Origin: Planctomycetota bacterium
GTDB taxonomy: Bacteria > Planctomycetota > B15-G4
Direction: 5' to 3'
Assembly (NCBI GenBank): GCA_038212275.1
Contig: JBBQUR010000016.1
Span: forward strand, 32,001 to 96,000
Length of the DNA: 64,000 nt
A program made the position numbers and the translations under genes. Under the pieces are notes generated by a model. The model saw only the letters and a list, made by a program, of their open reading frames with translations. It was not told the origin of the DNA and did no database searches. Shown in pieces: positions 8,922-18,244 of the stretch; the first letter of the stretch is position 1, and the number at the start of each line of letters is the position of its first letter.

Positions 8922-10090
8922 TGGAAGCGCTCGAACTCTACGCGGTGGATGACCGCGCCGACGTTTACACCGAGGAGCTCAAGCTCAACCTCGGCCCGCA
9001 GCATCCGTCCACGCACGGCGTGCTGCGCGTGGAGTTGCGCCTGGACGGCGAGATCATCACCGCCGCGCGCTGCGACATCGGCTACCTGCACCGCTGCGCC
9101 GAGAAGATCGGCGAAAACGTCAGCTACCTGCAGTTCACGCCGTACACCGACCGCATGGACTACCTCTCGTCCATGAACAACAACCTGGCGTGGAGCCTCA
9201 CGGTCGAGAAGCTGCTTGGCGTGGAGGCGCCGCCGCGCGCGCAGTGGTTGCGCGTGATCATGGCCGAGCTCAACCGCATCGCGAGCCACCTCATCGCCTT
9301 CGGCACCTACGGCATCGACATGGGCGCGGCGACGCCCTTCTTCTACGCGTTCCGCGAGCGCGAAAGCATCATGGCGCTGCTCGAGCGGCCCTCCGGCGCG
9401 CGCATGCTCTACAACTACATCCGCCCGGGCGGCGTGGCGCACGACATCGACGAACGCTGGCTGCCCGACGTCCTCGCCTTCTGCGACGAGTTCGAGAAGC
9501 GCTGGGCCGAATACAACACGCTGCTCACGACGAACAAGATCTTCATCGAGCGCACGAAGAACATCGGCGTGATCCCGAGGCAGATGGCGCTCGATTACGG
9601 CCTCACCGGCCCGGTGCTGCGAGGCTCCGGCGTGAAGTGGGACCTGCGACGCGACGTCCCCTACCTGAAGCCCTACGACGAGATCGAGTTCGACATCCCG
9701 GTCGGTGAGGGCACGCACGGCACGCTGGGCGACTGCTGGGACCGCTACTGGGTGCGCATGCTCGAGATGATGGAGTCCATCCGCATCATCCGGCAGGCGG
9801 CCGTGCGCGTGCCGACGGGCGACTTCGTCGAGAAGGCGATGCTCAAGATGTACAAGTCGCCGCTCAAGCCGGCGGCAGGCGAGGCCTACATGCGCTGCGA
9901 GAACCCGCGCGGCGAGCTGGGCTTCTACGTCGTGTCGGCCGGCGGCGCCTCGCCGATCCGCTGCCGCGCGCGCGGCCCGAGCTTCTGCAACCTGTCGGTG
10001 CTCGACGCGCTGCTGCCCGGCTGCATGATCGCCGACGGCGTGGCGATCATCGGCTCGCTGGACATCGTGCTCGGCGAGGTGGACCGCTAG
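8921..10090 (+). CDS. nuoD: NADH-quinone oxidoreductase subunit D
   Basis: NLGPQHPSTHGVLR, GYLHR, DRMDY, C-terminal SLDIVLGEVDR; no NiFe-binding CxxC motifs. Confidence 0.97.
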   Translation: MEALELYAVDDRADVYTEELKLNLGPQHPSTHGVLRVELRLDGEIITAARCDIGYLHRCAEKIGENVSYLQFTPYTDRMDYLSSMNNNLAWSLTVEKLLGVEAPPRAQWLRVIMAELNRIASHLIAFGTYGIDMGAATPFFYAFRERESIMALLERPSGARMLYNYIRPGGVAHDIDERWLPDVLAFCDEFEKRWAEYNTLLTTNKIFIERTKNIGVIPRQMALDYGLTGPVLRGSGVKWDLRRDVPYLKPYDEIEFDIPVGEGTHGTLGDCWDRYWVRMLEMMESIRIIRQAAVRVPTGDFVEKAMLKMYKSPLKPAAGEAYMRCENPRGELGFYVVSAGGASPIRCRARGPSFCNLSVLDALLPGCMIADGVAIIGSLDIVLGEVDR

Positions 10091-10093
10091 GCG

Positions 10094-11158
10094 ATGGAGA
10101 CGCTCATCCGCTTCTTCAGCGACCTCTTCCACCTCAGCCCCGACGGCGTCCTGCCGCTCACGCTGGCGTACTCGGTGTGCATCGGCAGCCTGCTGGGCTT
10201 CATCACGGTCTACGCGATGTTCGCGATCTGGATGGAGCGCAAGGTGGCCGCGCACATCCAGATCCGCTACGGACCGATGGAAGTGGGCGGCTGGCACGGC
10301 TGGGCGCAGTCCATCGCGGACGCGGTCAAGCTGCTGTTCAAGGAAGACCTGATTCCGGACGGCGCCAACAAATTCATGTTCTGGATCGCGCCGGCGGTCG
10401 TGTTCTGCGGCGTGTTCTCCGGCTTCATCGCGATTCCGTTCGCGCTCGGCGTCCAGATCGTCGACATCCACCTCGGCCTCTTCTTCATCGTGTGCATCGC
10501 CTCGGTGGAGGTGGTGGGCGTGATCATGGCCGGCTGGGCGAGCAACAGTAAGTACTCGCTCTTCGGGGCCGTGCGCGAGGCGGCGCAGGTCGTGTCCTAC
10601 GAGGTGCCGGCGGCGGTCGCGCTGCTCGTGCCGATCCTCATCGTGGGCAGCTTCCGCCTCGGCGACTTCAACGCGTGGCAGGAAGAGCACGGCTGGCTCG
10701 TGTTCCACAACCCGTTCGTCATCGTCGCGGCGCTGATCTACTTCATCGCGTCGCTGGCGGGCTGCAAGCGTGCGCCCTTCGACCTGCCCGAGGCGGAGTC
10801 GGAACTCGTGTCGGGCTTCCACACCGAGTATTCGGGCATGCGCTTCTCCTTCTTCTTCCTGGAGGAATACGCGTCCATGTTCGTGGCCGCGGCGCTCGTC
10901 GCGACGCTGTTCCTCGGCGGATGGACGCTGCCCTTCGTGAACGTGTCGGCGTGGCCGGTCCCGTTCGGCATCGTGATCCTGCTCGCGAAGATCTTCGCCG
11001 TGATCTTCCTGCAGATGCTGCTGCGCTGGACCCTGCCGCGCCTGCGCATCGACCAGGTGATGGCCATGGGCTACAAGTACCTGCTGCCGTGGGGCATGCT
11101 GTGTGTCGTCGGCACCGCGCTCTTCGAGACCATGGGGTGGAGGTGGCTGCCTCTCTGA
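10094..11158 (+). CDS. nuoH: NADH-quinone oxidoreductase subunit H
   Basis: ERKVAAHIQIRYGP, ADAVKLLFKED, RAPFDLPEAESELVSGFHTEYSG. Confidence 0.97.
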   Translation: METLIRFFSDLFHLSPDGVLPLTLAYSVCIGSLLGFITVYAMFAIWMERKVAAHIQIRYGPMEVGGWHGWAQSIADAVKLLFKEDLIPDGANKFMFWIAPAVVFCGVFSGFIAIPFALGVQIVDIHLGLFFIVCIASVEVVGVIMAGWASNSKYSLFGAVREAAQVVSYEVPAAVALLVPILIVGSFRLGDFNAWQEEHGWLVFHNPFVIVAALIYFIASLAGCKRAPFDLPEAESELVSGFHTEYSGMRFSFFFLEEYASMFVAAALVATLFLGGWTLPFVNVSAWPVPFGIVILLAKIFAVIFLQMLLRWTLPRLRIDQVMAMGYKYLLPWGMLCVVGTALFETMGWRWLPL

Positions 11159-11173
11159 GGGCGCCAGACACGC

Positions 11174-11902
11174 ATGAGCGGCATCCGCGAATACTTCGGC
11201 AACATCAGCGACGCGCTGACCAGCACGGTGAAGGGCATGGGCATCACCATGCAGCACTTCGTGAAGGAGCCGCCGATCACGGTGCAGTTCCCGCACGAGC
11301 GGCTTCCGCTGCCGCCCAGCTACAAGGGCATCCACATCCTCGAGCAGGACAAGTGCATCGACTGCAAGCTCTGCGCGAAGGCCTGCCCGGTGGACTGCAT
11401 CGAGATCGAGGCCGTCCACCACGGCCGGGTGCTCGAGTGGCAGAAGTTCACGATCGACTACAAGAAGTGCATCTTCTGCGAATTCTGCATCCCGCCCTGC
11501 CCCAAGAACTGCATCCACATGACCTCGGAGTTCGAGGTCGCGACCGACGATCCCTCGACGATGATCGAGGACCTGCTCACGTGGACGGGCCTGCGACTCG
11601 AGGACCGCCGCGCGATCGACGCGTCCGAGGCCAAGCGCGCGGGCAAGACCGTGGTCGAGCCGAAGAACGGCGGCCCGGCGCCCGGCAATCCGGCGCCGAG
11701 CGGCACCGAGTTCACTTCGAAGCACGCGGCCGGAAGCTGGGGCGCGCCGGGCGGCGCTCCCCCCAGGCCTGACGCGGCGCCGGGTGCTGCGGGCGCCCCG
11801 AAGCCCGCCGCCGCAACGGCCGCGAGCGGTGGCGCCGACAGCCTTGCCGCGAAGACCGCCGCCATTCGAGCCAAGCTCGCCGCTGCCAAGGGTGCGGGCT
11901 GA
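11174..11902 (+). CDS. nuoI: NADH-quinone oxidoreductase subunit I with long C-terminal extension
   Basis: Two 4Fe-4S motifs, CIDCKLCAKACP and CIFCEFCIPPCP. Confidence 0.95.
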   Translation: MSGIREYFGNISDALTSTVKGMGITMQHFVKEPPITVQFPHERLPLPPSYKGIHILEQDKCIDCKLCAKACPVDCIEIEAVHHGRVLEWQKFTIDYKKCIFCEFCIPPCPKNCIHMTSEFEVATDDPSTMIEDLLTWTGLRLEDRRAIDASEAKRAGKTVVEPKNGGPAPGNPAPSGTEFTSKHAAGSWGAPGGAPPRPDAAPGAAGAPKPAAATAASGGADSLAAKTAAIRAKLAAAKGAG

Positions 11903-12411
11903 TGCTCGACTTCATGTTCTTCGTCTTCGCCGGGCTGGCGGTGGTGGGCGGGCTGCTCGTCGCCTTCCACCGCAACATCGTGCACAGCGCCTTTGCGCTC
12001 GTCGCCGCGTTGTTCGGCGTGGCCGGGCTCTACTGGACGCTGGGCGCGGACTTCCTCGGCGCCACGCAGGTGCTGCTCTACGTCGGCGGCGTCACGGTGC
12101 TGCTGCTGTTCGCGGTCATGCTGACCACGCGCGACAGCACGCGCGTGTCGATCGGGCGCAACATCCTGGTCGCGCCGATCGTGGGCCTGCTCTTCCTCTA
12201 CGTCTGGCAGGCATGCCAGGGCGTCGTTCAGATCGTGAGCGGCACCGGCACGGTGGTGACGGAGGACGTCGCGCCGACGACCGGCACCATCGGCACGATG
12301 TTCCTGCAGCGCGACCAGTACCTGCTGCCCTTCGAGGCGATCTCGGTGCTGCTGCTCATCGTGCTCGTCGGCGCCGTGACACTCGCCCGCCGCGGACAGG
12401 AGGCTCCATGA
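11902..12411 (+). CDS. nuoJ: NADH-quinone oxidoreductase subunit J
   Basis: QVLLYVGGVTVLLLFAVML, YLLPFEAISVLLL. Confidence 0.95.
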   Translation: MLDFMFFVFAGLAVVGGLLVAFHRNIVHSAFALVAALFGVAGLYWTLGADFLGATQVLLYVGGVTVLLLFAVMLTTRDSTRVSIGRNILVAPIVGLLFLYVWQACQGVVQIVSGTGTVVTEDVAPTTGTIGTMFLQRDQYLLPFEAISVLLLIVLVGAVTLARRGQEAP

Positions 12412-12875
12412 CGCTTCTGCTCACGCTGATGGCTCAGGCCTCGGAGGCCGGCGGTCATGCGGCCGCCGCCGGAATGCAGGCGGTCGCGGGCGCTGCCGCG
12501 GCCGGTGCACACGGCGCCGCTGCCGACGGCGCTTCGGCGGGCGCGCAGGCTGTCGTCATCACGGGCCACGCCGGCCAGCTCACCAGCTACATCGCGGTCT
12601 CGTGCGTCCTCTTCGCGCTCGGCATCGCCACGATCCTCACGCGGCGCAACGTGCTGTACGTGCTCATGGGCGTCGAGCTGATCCTGAATGCGGCCAACCT
12701 GAACTTCGTCGCCTTCGCGCGCTTCGGCGGCTACGGCATGGACGGCCAGATGGTGGCGCTCTTCGTGGTGATCCTCGCGGCGGCGGAGGCGGCCATCGCG
12801 CTCGCCATCGTGCTGCGCATCTTCCACGACTTCGGCAGCATCGACATCACGCGCACCGACAGCTTGCGGGACTGA
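12408..12875 (+). CDS. nuoK: NADH-quinone oxidoreductase subunit K with Ala/Gly-rich N-terminal extension
   Basis: RRNVLYVLMGVELILNAANL, AAAEAAIALAI; ATGA overlap with nuoJ. Confidence 0.93.
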   Translation: MTLLLTLMAQASEAGGHAAAAGMQAVAGAAAAGAHGAAADGASAGAQAVVITGHAGQLTSYIAVSCVLFALGIATILTRRNVLYVLMGVELILNAANLNFVAFARFGGYGMDGQMVALFVVILAAAEAAIALAIVLRIFHDFGSIDITRTDSLRD

Positions 12876-12885
12876 TCGGAGAACG

Positions 12886-14988
12886 ATGCAGAACCTCACG
12901 CTCCTCTGGATGTGCCTCGGGATCTTCCTGATCCCGTTCGCCTGCTCCGTCACCCTGATCTTCTTCGGGCGCAAGCTGCCGCGCGGCGGCGACTGGCTGG
13001 CGACGGCCGGGATCGTGAGCTGCGCAGTCATCGCGCTGACGCTGTTCTTCAAGTACATCGTCGGCGTGCACGAAGCGGGCTGGCACTGGGCCTCGGCCGA
13101 GCACGGACTGTCGTGGAACTGGATCACGCTGCTCGACTTCAAGCTGTCGGTCGGTGTCTGGCTCGACAACATGACCATCATCATGCTGACGATGGTCACG
13201 GTGGTGGGAAGCTGCATCTTCTTCTTCAGCCAGGGCTACATGCACGGCGACCGCGACTACCCGCGGTTCTTCGCCTACCTGAGCTACTTCTGCTTCGCGA
13301 TGCTCGGGCTGATCGTCTCGGACAACCTGCTCTTCCTGTTCATCTTCTGGGAGCTCGTCGGTGTCGGGTCCTACCTGCTCATCGGCTTCTTCTACGACCA
13401 GGTCGAGCCGCCGAAGGCCAGCCTCAAGGCCTTCATGGTCAACCGCATCGGCGACGTGCTCTTCCTGCTGGGCATCGTCCTGGCGTGGCAGCTCTTCGGC
13501 ACGCTGAACTACCACGAGCTCTTCGAGCGCCTCGCCGCCGGCCAGTTCGCGGACCAGGCCACGCGAGCCTTCCCCTCGCTGTCCAACCACGCGATCCTCA
13601 CGCTCTCCGGCGTGCTCATCTTCTGCGGCGCGGTCAGCAAGTCCGCGCAGGTGCCGCTGCACACGTGGCTGCCTGACGCGATGGCCGGCCCGACGCCGGT
13701 GTCCGCGCTCATCCACGCGGCGACGATGGTCGCGGCCGGCGTGTTCATGGTCGGGCGCATGTATCCGTACTTCACGCCCGAGGCGCTGGGCGTCATCGCG
13801 ATCGTCGGCTCGATCACCGCGCTTCTGGGCGCGACGATGGGCCTCGTCGCGTGGGACATCAAGAAGGTGCTCGCCTTCTCCACCATGAGCCAGCTCGGCT
13901 ACATGATGCTGGCCCTCGGTGTGGGCGGCTTCGTGGCGGGCCTCTTCCACCTCATCACGCACGCCTTCTTCAAGGCCTGCCTGTTCCTCGGCAGCGGCTC
14001 GGTGATCCACGCCGTGCACACGCAGGACATGCGCGAGATGGGCGGCCTGAAGAAGAAGCTGCCCGTCACGTACTGGACCTTCCTGATCGCCACGCTGGCG
14101 CTGGCCGGCGTGCCGTGCTTCGCGGGGTACTACAGCAAGGACCAGATCGTCGCCAACGCGCTTGCCTGGGGTGTTGAAGATCCGCAGGTGCTGCGCTTCA
14201 TTCCGGTGATCTTCGCCGCCGTCGGCGCATTCATGACCACCTTCTACATGCTGCGGCTGGTCTTCCTGACCTTCCACGGCGCGCCGCGCGACCAGCACAA
14301 GTATGAACACGCGCACGAGTCGCCGCCGGTCATGGCCCTGCCGCTGGTGCTGCTCGCGAGCTTCGCCCTGCTGGGCGGCGGAACGATTCACCCGCTGCCG
14401 CACAGCGAGCACCTCTGGTTCAACACGCTCGTCGTGAAGCCCGAGTCCGCCGCCGAGAAGGGCCTGCACCTGTACGACGACGAGCAGCAGGTCGAGATGG
14501 AGGCGCACCGCGAACATGCGCTGCACCAGTCCCACCTCCCGGCCGTCGGCATCTCGCTGCTTGCCATCCTGGCCGGCTGGCTGCTGGCCCGTGCGATGTA
14601 TCTCAAGCGCAGCGCCGATCCGGCCGCCATGGCAGCGCGCTTCGGCGTGCTCTACGAGGCGGCCGTCCACCGGTACTGGTTCGACGAGATGTATGCGCAG
14701 GGCATCGTCGCCAACCTGCAACGCCTCAACCGTGCGCTGGCGACCTTCGACCGACGCGTCGTGGACGGCGTCGTGAACGCGACGGGCCTGATCGCGCGCG
14801 CCATCGCCTTCGTCTCCGGCCTCTTCGACAAGTACGTCATCGACGGTGCGGTGAACTTCTGGCGCTGGTTCGTGCGCACGCTGTCGGGCGTGTTCCGCCT
14901 GGCGCAGACCGGCAACGCCCGCGATTACCTGACCTGGACCCTGCTGTCCGTGCTGATTCTTGCCATCTACCTGGCGCAAGGTCACTGA
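12886..14988 (+). CDS. nuoL: NADH-quinone oxidoreductase subunit L
   Basis: WELVGVGSYLLIGF, KSAQVPLHTWLPDAMAGPTPVSALIHAATMV, HAFFKA. Confidence 0.97.
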   Translation: MQNLTLLWMCLGIFLIPFACSVTLIFFGRKLPRGGDWLATAGIVSCAVIALTLFFKYIVGVHEAGWHWASAEHGLSWNWITLLDFKLSVGVWLDNMTIIMLTMVTVVGSCIFFFSQGYMHGDRDYPRFFAYLSYFCFAMLGLIVSDNLLFLFIFWELVGVGSYLLIGFFYDQVEPPKASLKAFMVNRIGDVLFLLGIVLAWQLFGTLNYHELFERLAAGQFADQATRAFPSLSNHAILTLSGVLIFCGAVSKSAQVPLHTWLPDAMAGPTPVSALIHAATMVAAGVFMVGRMYPYFTPEALGVIAIVGSITALLGATMGLVAWDIKKVLAFSTMSQLGYMMLALGVGGFVAGLFHLITHAFFKACLFLGSGSVIHAVHTQDMREMGGLKKKLPVTYWTFLIATLALAGVPCFAGYYSKDQIVANALAWGVEDPQVLRFIPVIFAAVGAFMTTFYMLRLVFLTFHGAPRDQHKYEHAHESPPVMALPLVLLASFALLGGGTIHPLPHSEHLWFNTLVVKPESAAEKGLHLYDDEQQVEMEAHREHALHQSHLPAVGISLLAILAGWLLARAMYLKRSADPAAMAARFGVLYEAAVHRYWFDEMYAQGIVANLQRLNRALATFDRRVVDGVVNATGLIARAIAFVSGLFDKYVIDGAVNFWRWFVRTLSGVFRLAQTGNARDYLTWTLLSVLILAIYLAQGH

Positions 14989-14996
14989 GGAATCCC

Positions 14997-16508
14997 ATGT
15001 CCCTGCTCAGCCTCATCACCTTCTTTCCGCTGATCGGTGCGGTGGTCCTGCTGCTCGCACCACGCGCCAGCAAGGACACGCTGCGCACCATCGCGGCCGC
15101 CACGACCATCGTGCCGCTCCTGCTTGCGTCCAAGCTGTGGATGGACTTCGACACGACCACGGCGGCGTACCAGTTCGTGGAGCGCATGCCGTGGATCTCG
15201 TCGCTCGGCATCGAGTACCACCTGGGCATCGACGGCCTGTCGATCCCGCTGCTCTGGCTCTCCACGCTGCTGCTCTTCCTGGGCGTCATCGCCAGCTGGA
15301 AGATCGAGAAGGGCGTCAAGGGCTACATGCTCCTGCTGCTGCTGCTCGAAGTCGGGATCAACGGCGTCTTCTGCTCGCTGGACCTGTTCCTCTTCTACGT
15401 GTTCTGGGAAGTGATGCTCCTGCCGATGTATTTCCTCATCGGCATCTGGGGCGGCCCGCGGCGCGAGTACGCCGCGATCAAGTTCTTCCTCTACACGCTG
15501 GCCGGCTCGGTGCTCATGCTGCTGGGCATCATCGCGCTCTACCTCGCGTGCCGCGACGTGACTGCCACGCCGTTCAGCATCCCGCTGCTCTCCGAGATGA
15601 TCCGCGGCGGCACGCTGACGGGCGCAGGCCTGATCAACGGCGGCATGCTCTTCGGCTGGCCCTTCCTGAAGTGGATCTTCGTCTTCTTCTTCATCGGCTT
15701 CGCGATCAAGGTGCCGGTGCCGCCCTTCCACACGTGGCTGCCCGACGCGCACGTCGAGGCGCCGACCCCCATCTCGATGATCCTCGCCGGCATCCTGCTG
15801 AAGCTCGGCTGCTACGGCATCCTGCGCATCAACCTCGGGATGTTCCCGAACATCGCGCCGGACTTCGCGACCATCGGCGCGGCGCTGGGCGTGTTCGCGA
15901 TCGTGTACGGCGCCTTCGTCGCGATGGCGCAGACCGACTTCAAGCGGCTGGTGGCGTACAGCTCCGTGAGCCACATGGGCTACGTGCTGCTGGGCGCCTC
16001 GGCGTTCACGAGCGCCGGCCTCAACGGCGCAGCGATGCAGATGTTCACGCACGGCACGTCTTCGGCCCTGCTCTTCCTCCTGGTCGGCGTGGCCTACGAG
16101 CGCGCGCACCATCGCGAGATCGAGGGCTTCGGCGGCCTCGCCAGCGTGGCGCCGATCTACACGGGCATCACGACGCTGGGCTTCTTCGCGGCGCTCGGGC
16201 TGCCGGGCATGTCGGGCTTCGTGTCCGAGTTCCTCGTGATCCTCGGTGCCTGGCAGGTCCGGCCCGTCTACGCGGCCGTCGCCGTGATCGGCATCGTGAT
16301 CACCGCGGCCTTCCTGCTCTGGACCCTGCAGCGCGTCTTCCTCGGTCCGCTCAACGAGAAGTACAAGGACTTCCCCGACGTGACGGGTCGCGAGATCTTC
16401 ACGATGGCGCCGCTCGCCTTCCTCTGCGTGCTGCTCGGCGTGCTGCCCTTCCTGCTGCTCGACTGGATGAAGCCGACGATCGACGGCCTGGTCAAGCTCT
16501 TCGCATGA
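14997..16508 (+). CDS. nuoM: NADH-quinone oxidoreductase subunit M
   Basis: FYVFWEVMLLPMY, IKVPVPPFHTWLPDAHVEAP, AYSSVSHMG. Confidence 0.97.
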   Translation: MSLLSLITFFPLIGAVVLLLAPRASKDTLRTIAAATTIVPLLLASKLWMDFDTTTAAYQFVERMPWISSLGIEYHLGIDGLSIPLLWLSTLLLFLGVIASWKIEKGVKGYMLLLLLLEVGINGVFCSLDLFLFYVFWEVMLLPMYFLIGIWGGPRREYAAIKFFLYTLAGSVLMLLGIIALYLACRDVTATPFSIPLLSEMIRGGTLTGAGLINGGMLFGWPFLKWIFVFFFIGFAIKVPVPPFHTWLPDAHVEAPTPISMILAGILLKLGCYGILRINLGMFPNIAPDFATIGAALGVFAIVYGAFVAMAQTDFKRLVAYSSVSHMGYVLLGASAFTSAGLNGAAMQMFTHGTSSALLFLLVGVAYERAHHREIEGFGGLASVAPIYTGITTLGFFAALGLPGMSGFVSEFLVILGAWQVRPVYAAVAVIGIVITAAFLLWTLQRVFLGPLNEKYKDFPDVTGREIFTMAPLAFLCVLLGVLPFLLLDWMKPTIDGLVKLFA

Positions 16509-16521
16509 CCCCCAGATCCCG

Positions 16522-18066
16522 ATGACCCCGATGACCCCGATGAACGCGGAGATGCTCACCGACCTGCGCGCGTTGCGCCCCGAGCTCTGGCTCGTGGCCG
16601 CAATCGTCGCGTCGCTGCTCGTCGACCTCGTCGGCGGAGCGCGCGCGCGCACGCTCGCCGGGCTGACGGCGCTGGCCGGTGCGGGCGGTGCGGTGTGGGC
16701 GCTGCTCGCCGCGCCGGCCAGCTCCTATCCCTACCGCGTCTTCGGCCTGCTCGCGATGGACAGCCACGCGGACTTCTTCCGCCTGCTCATCATCGCGGGC
16801 ACGGGCCTCGTCATCCTGCACGCCATGGTCTTCCGCGGACTGCAGGACAGCTCGCGCGCCGAGTTTTATCCGATGCTTCTGGGCGCCGCGCTCGGCGGCT
16901 GCCTGCTCGTCACCACCGACCACCTGCTCATGCTGGTGCTGGCGATGGAGATGCTGTCGCTGCCCAGCTACCTGCTGGCCGGCTGGCAGAAGAGCGAGCG
17001 CCGCTCCTCGGAGGCCGCGCTGAAGTACCTGGTCTACGGCGCGCTCGCCTCGGCCATCATGATCTTCGGTTTCTCGCTCATGTACGGCATGGCGGGCAGC
17101 CTGTGGATGTCCGACGTCGGGCCCGCAATCGTCAAGGCCTGGGAATTCGGCGGCGAGCTCCAGTGCATCACCGTCGCGCTCTCCGTCGTGATGGTCATGG
17201 CCGGCATCGGCTTCAAGATCGCGGCCTTCCCGTTCCATTTCTGGGCGCCCGACGTCTACGAAGGCGCGCCCACGCCGGTGACCACGCTTCTGGCGGTGGC
17301 CAGCAAGGCGGCCGGCTTCGGCCTGCTCCTGCGCTTCGTGGACGGCGTCTTCCTCGGCTCGAATGCCATGAGCGTGGACTGGGTCTCGCGCTTCTCGTGG
17401 GTCATGGCCGTCCTCGCGGCCGTGACCATGACCTACGGCAACGTGACGGCGGTGCTGCAGCGCAACGTGAAGCGCCTGCTCGCCTACTCGTCCATCAGCC
17501 ACGCCGGCTACCTGCTCATGGGCATCGCGGTGATGACGCACGCGCCCGTGCCGGGCGGCCCGAACGAGGCGCTCGGCAGCGAAGCGCTGAAGTTCTATCT
17601 CGTGACCTACTACCTGGCGACGCTCGGCGCCTTCGCGTGCGTCATGGCGCTGGCCAATCGCTACGGGGCCGAGGACACGGACGACTACAACGGCCTCGGC
17701 TGGTCCTCGCCGTGGATCGCCGGCGCGCTGGTTCTCTTCCTCGCGTCGCTCACCGGCCTGCCCCCGACCGCCGGCTTCACCGGCAAGCTCATGCTGTTCC
17801 GGGCGACGCTCGACAGCGGCATGAGCTGGCTCGCGGTGGTCGCGGCGCTCAACTCCGTCGTGGCGCTCTTCTACTACTTCAAGATCGTGCGCGCGCTCTT
17901 CCTGCGCGGCGATCGCGCCGCTGCGGTCGTCGGTCAGCCGGCCCGCGGCCTTCTGGCGCTGCTCGCAGCCGCCTCGATCCTCCTGCTCGCGGGCGCCACG
18001 CTGTGGTTCGGCATCGGCGGCGGCATCGACGCGCTGAGCGCGTGGGTAGCGAACGCAGCGCTTTGA
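16522..18066 (+). CDS. nuoN: NADH-quinone oxidoreductase subunit N
   Basis: EAALKY, FKIAAFPFHFWAPDVYEGAPTP, KRLLAYSSISHAGY. Start ambiguous (in-frame ATGs at 16522/16531/16540 within a 9-bp repeat). Confidence 0.95.
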   Translation: MTPMTPMNAEMLTDLRALRPELWLVAAIVASLLVDLVGGARARTLAGLTALAGAGGAVWALLAAPASSYPYRVFGLLAMDSHADFFRLLIIAGTGLVILHAMVFRGLQDSSRAEFYPMLLGAALGGCLLVTTDHLLMLVLAMEMLSLPSYLLAGWQKSERRSSEAALKYLVYGALASAIMIFGFSLMYGMAGSLWMSDVGPAIVKAWEFGGELQCITVALSVVMVMAGIGFKIAAFPFHFWAPDVYEGAPTPVTTLLAVASKAAGFGLLLRFVDGVFLGSNAMSVDWVSRFSWVMAVLAAVTMTYGNVTAVLQRNVKRLLAYSSISHAGYLLMGIAVMTHAPVPGGPNEALGSEALKFYLVTYYLATLGAFACVMALANRYGAEDTDDYNGLGWSSPWIAGALVLFLASLTGLPPTAGFTGKLMLFRATLDSGMSWLAVVAALNSVVALFYYFKIVRALFLRGDRAAAVVGQPARGLLALLAAASILLLAGATLWFGIGGGIDALSAWVANAAL

Positions 18067-18118
18067 GCGCACGCCGTCCGCTTCCCGGGACGCACTTCAT
18101 CCGCCGACCGCCGCGCTC

Positions 18119-18223
18119 ATGTCCGGTGCACCCATGTCCGGTGCACTCGTGGCCGACGCACAAGTGTCCGACGCACAAGTGGCCGACGCACAAGTGGCCG
18201 ACGCACAAGTGGCCGAGGCGCCC
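18119..18223. repeat. Seven 15-bp tandem units (2x atgtccggtgcacYc, 4x gtgKccgacgcacaa, 1 degenerate)
   Basis: Read directly; every unit begins with ATG or GTG in frame with the downstream CLC gene. Confidence 0.9.
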
Positions 18224-18244
18224 GGACGCGCCGGACGCCGGACG

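Noticed and set aside
8921..10090. NuoD-like gene as a group 4 NiFe-hydrogenase large subunit
   Set aside because: No N- or C-terminal CxxC nickel ligands; the C-terminus is the typical NuoD GEVDR.
8675..11725. Long antisense or alternate-frame ORFs (also 2458-4734, 19645-21912, 23224-26130, 35794-38268, 49586-51847, 60920-63892)
   Set aside because: They shadow well-supported genes, are Arg/Ala/Gly-rich without motifs, and are expected in very high-GC DNA.
18119..18223. Repeat array as a CRISPR
   Set aside because: 15-bp units are directly adjacent with no unique spacers, and no cas genes are present.
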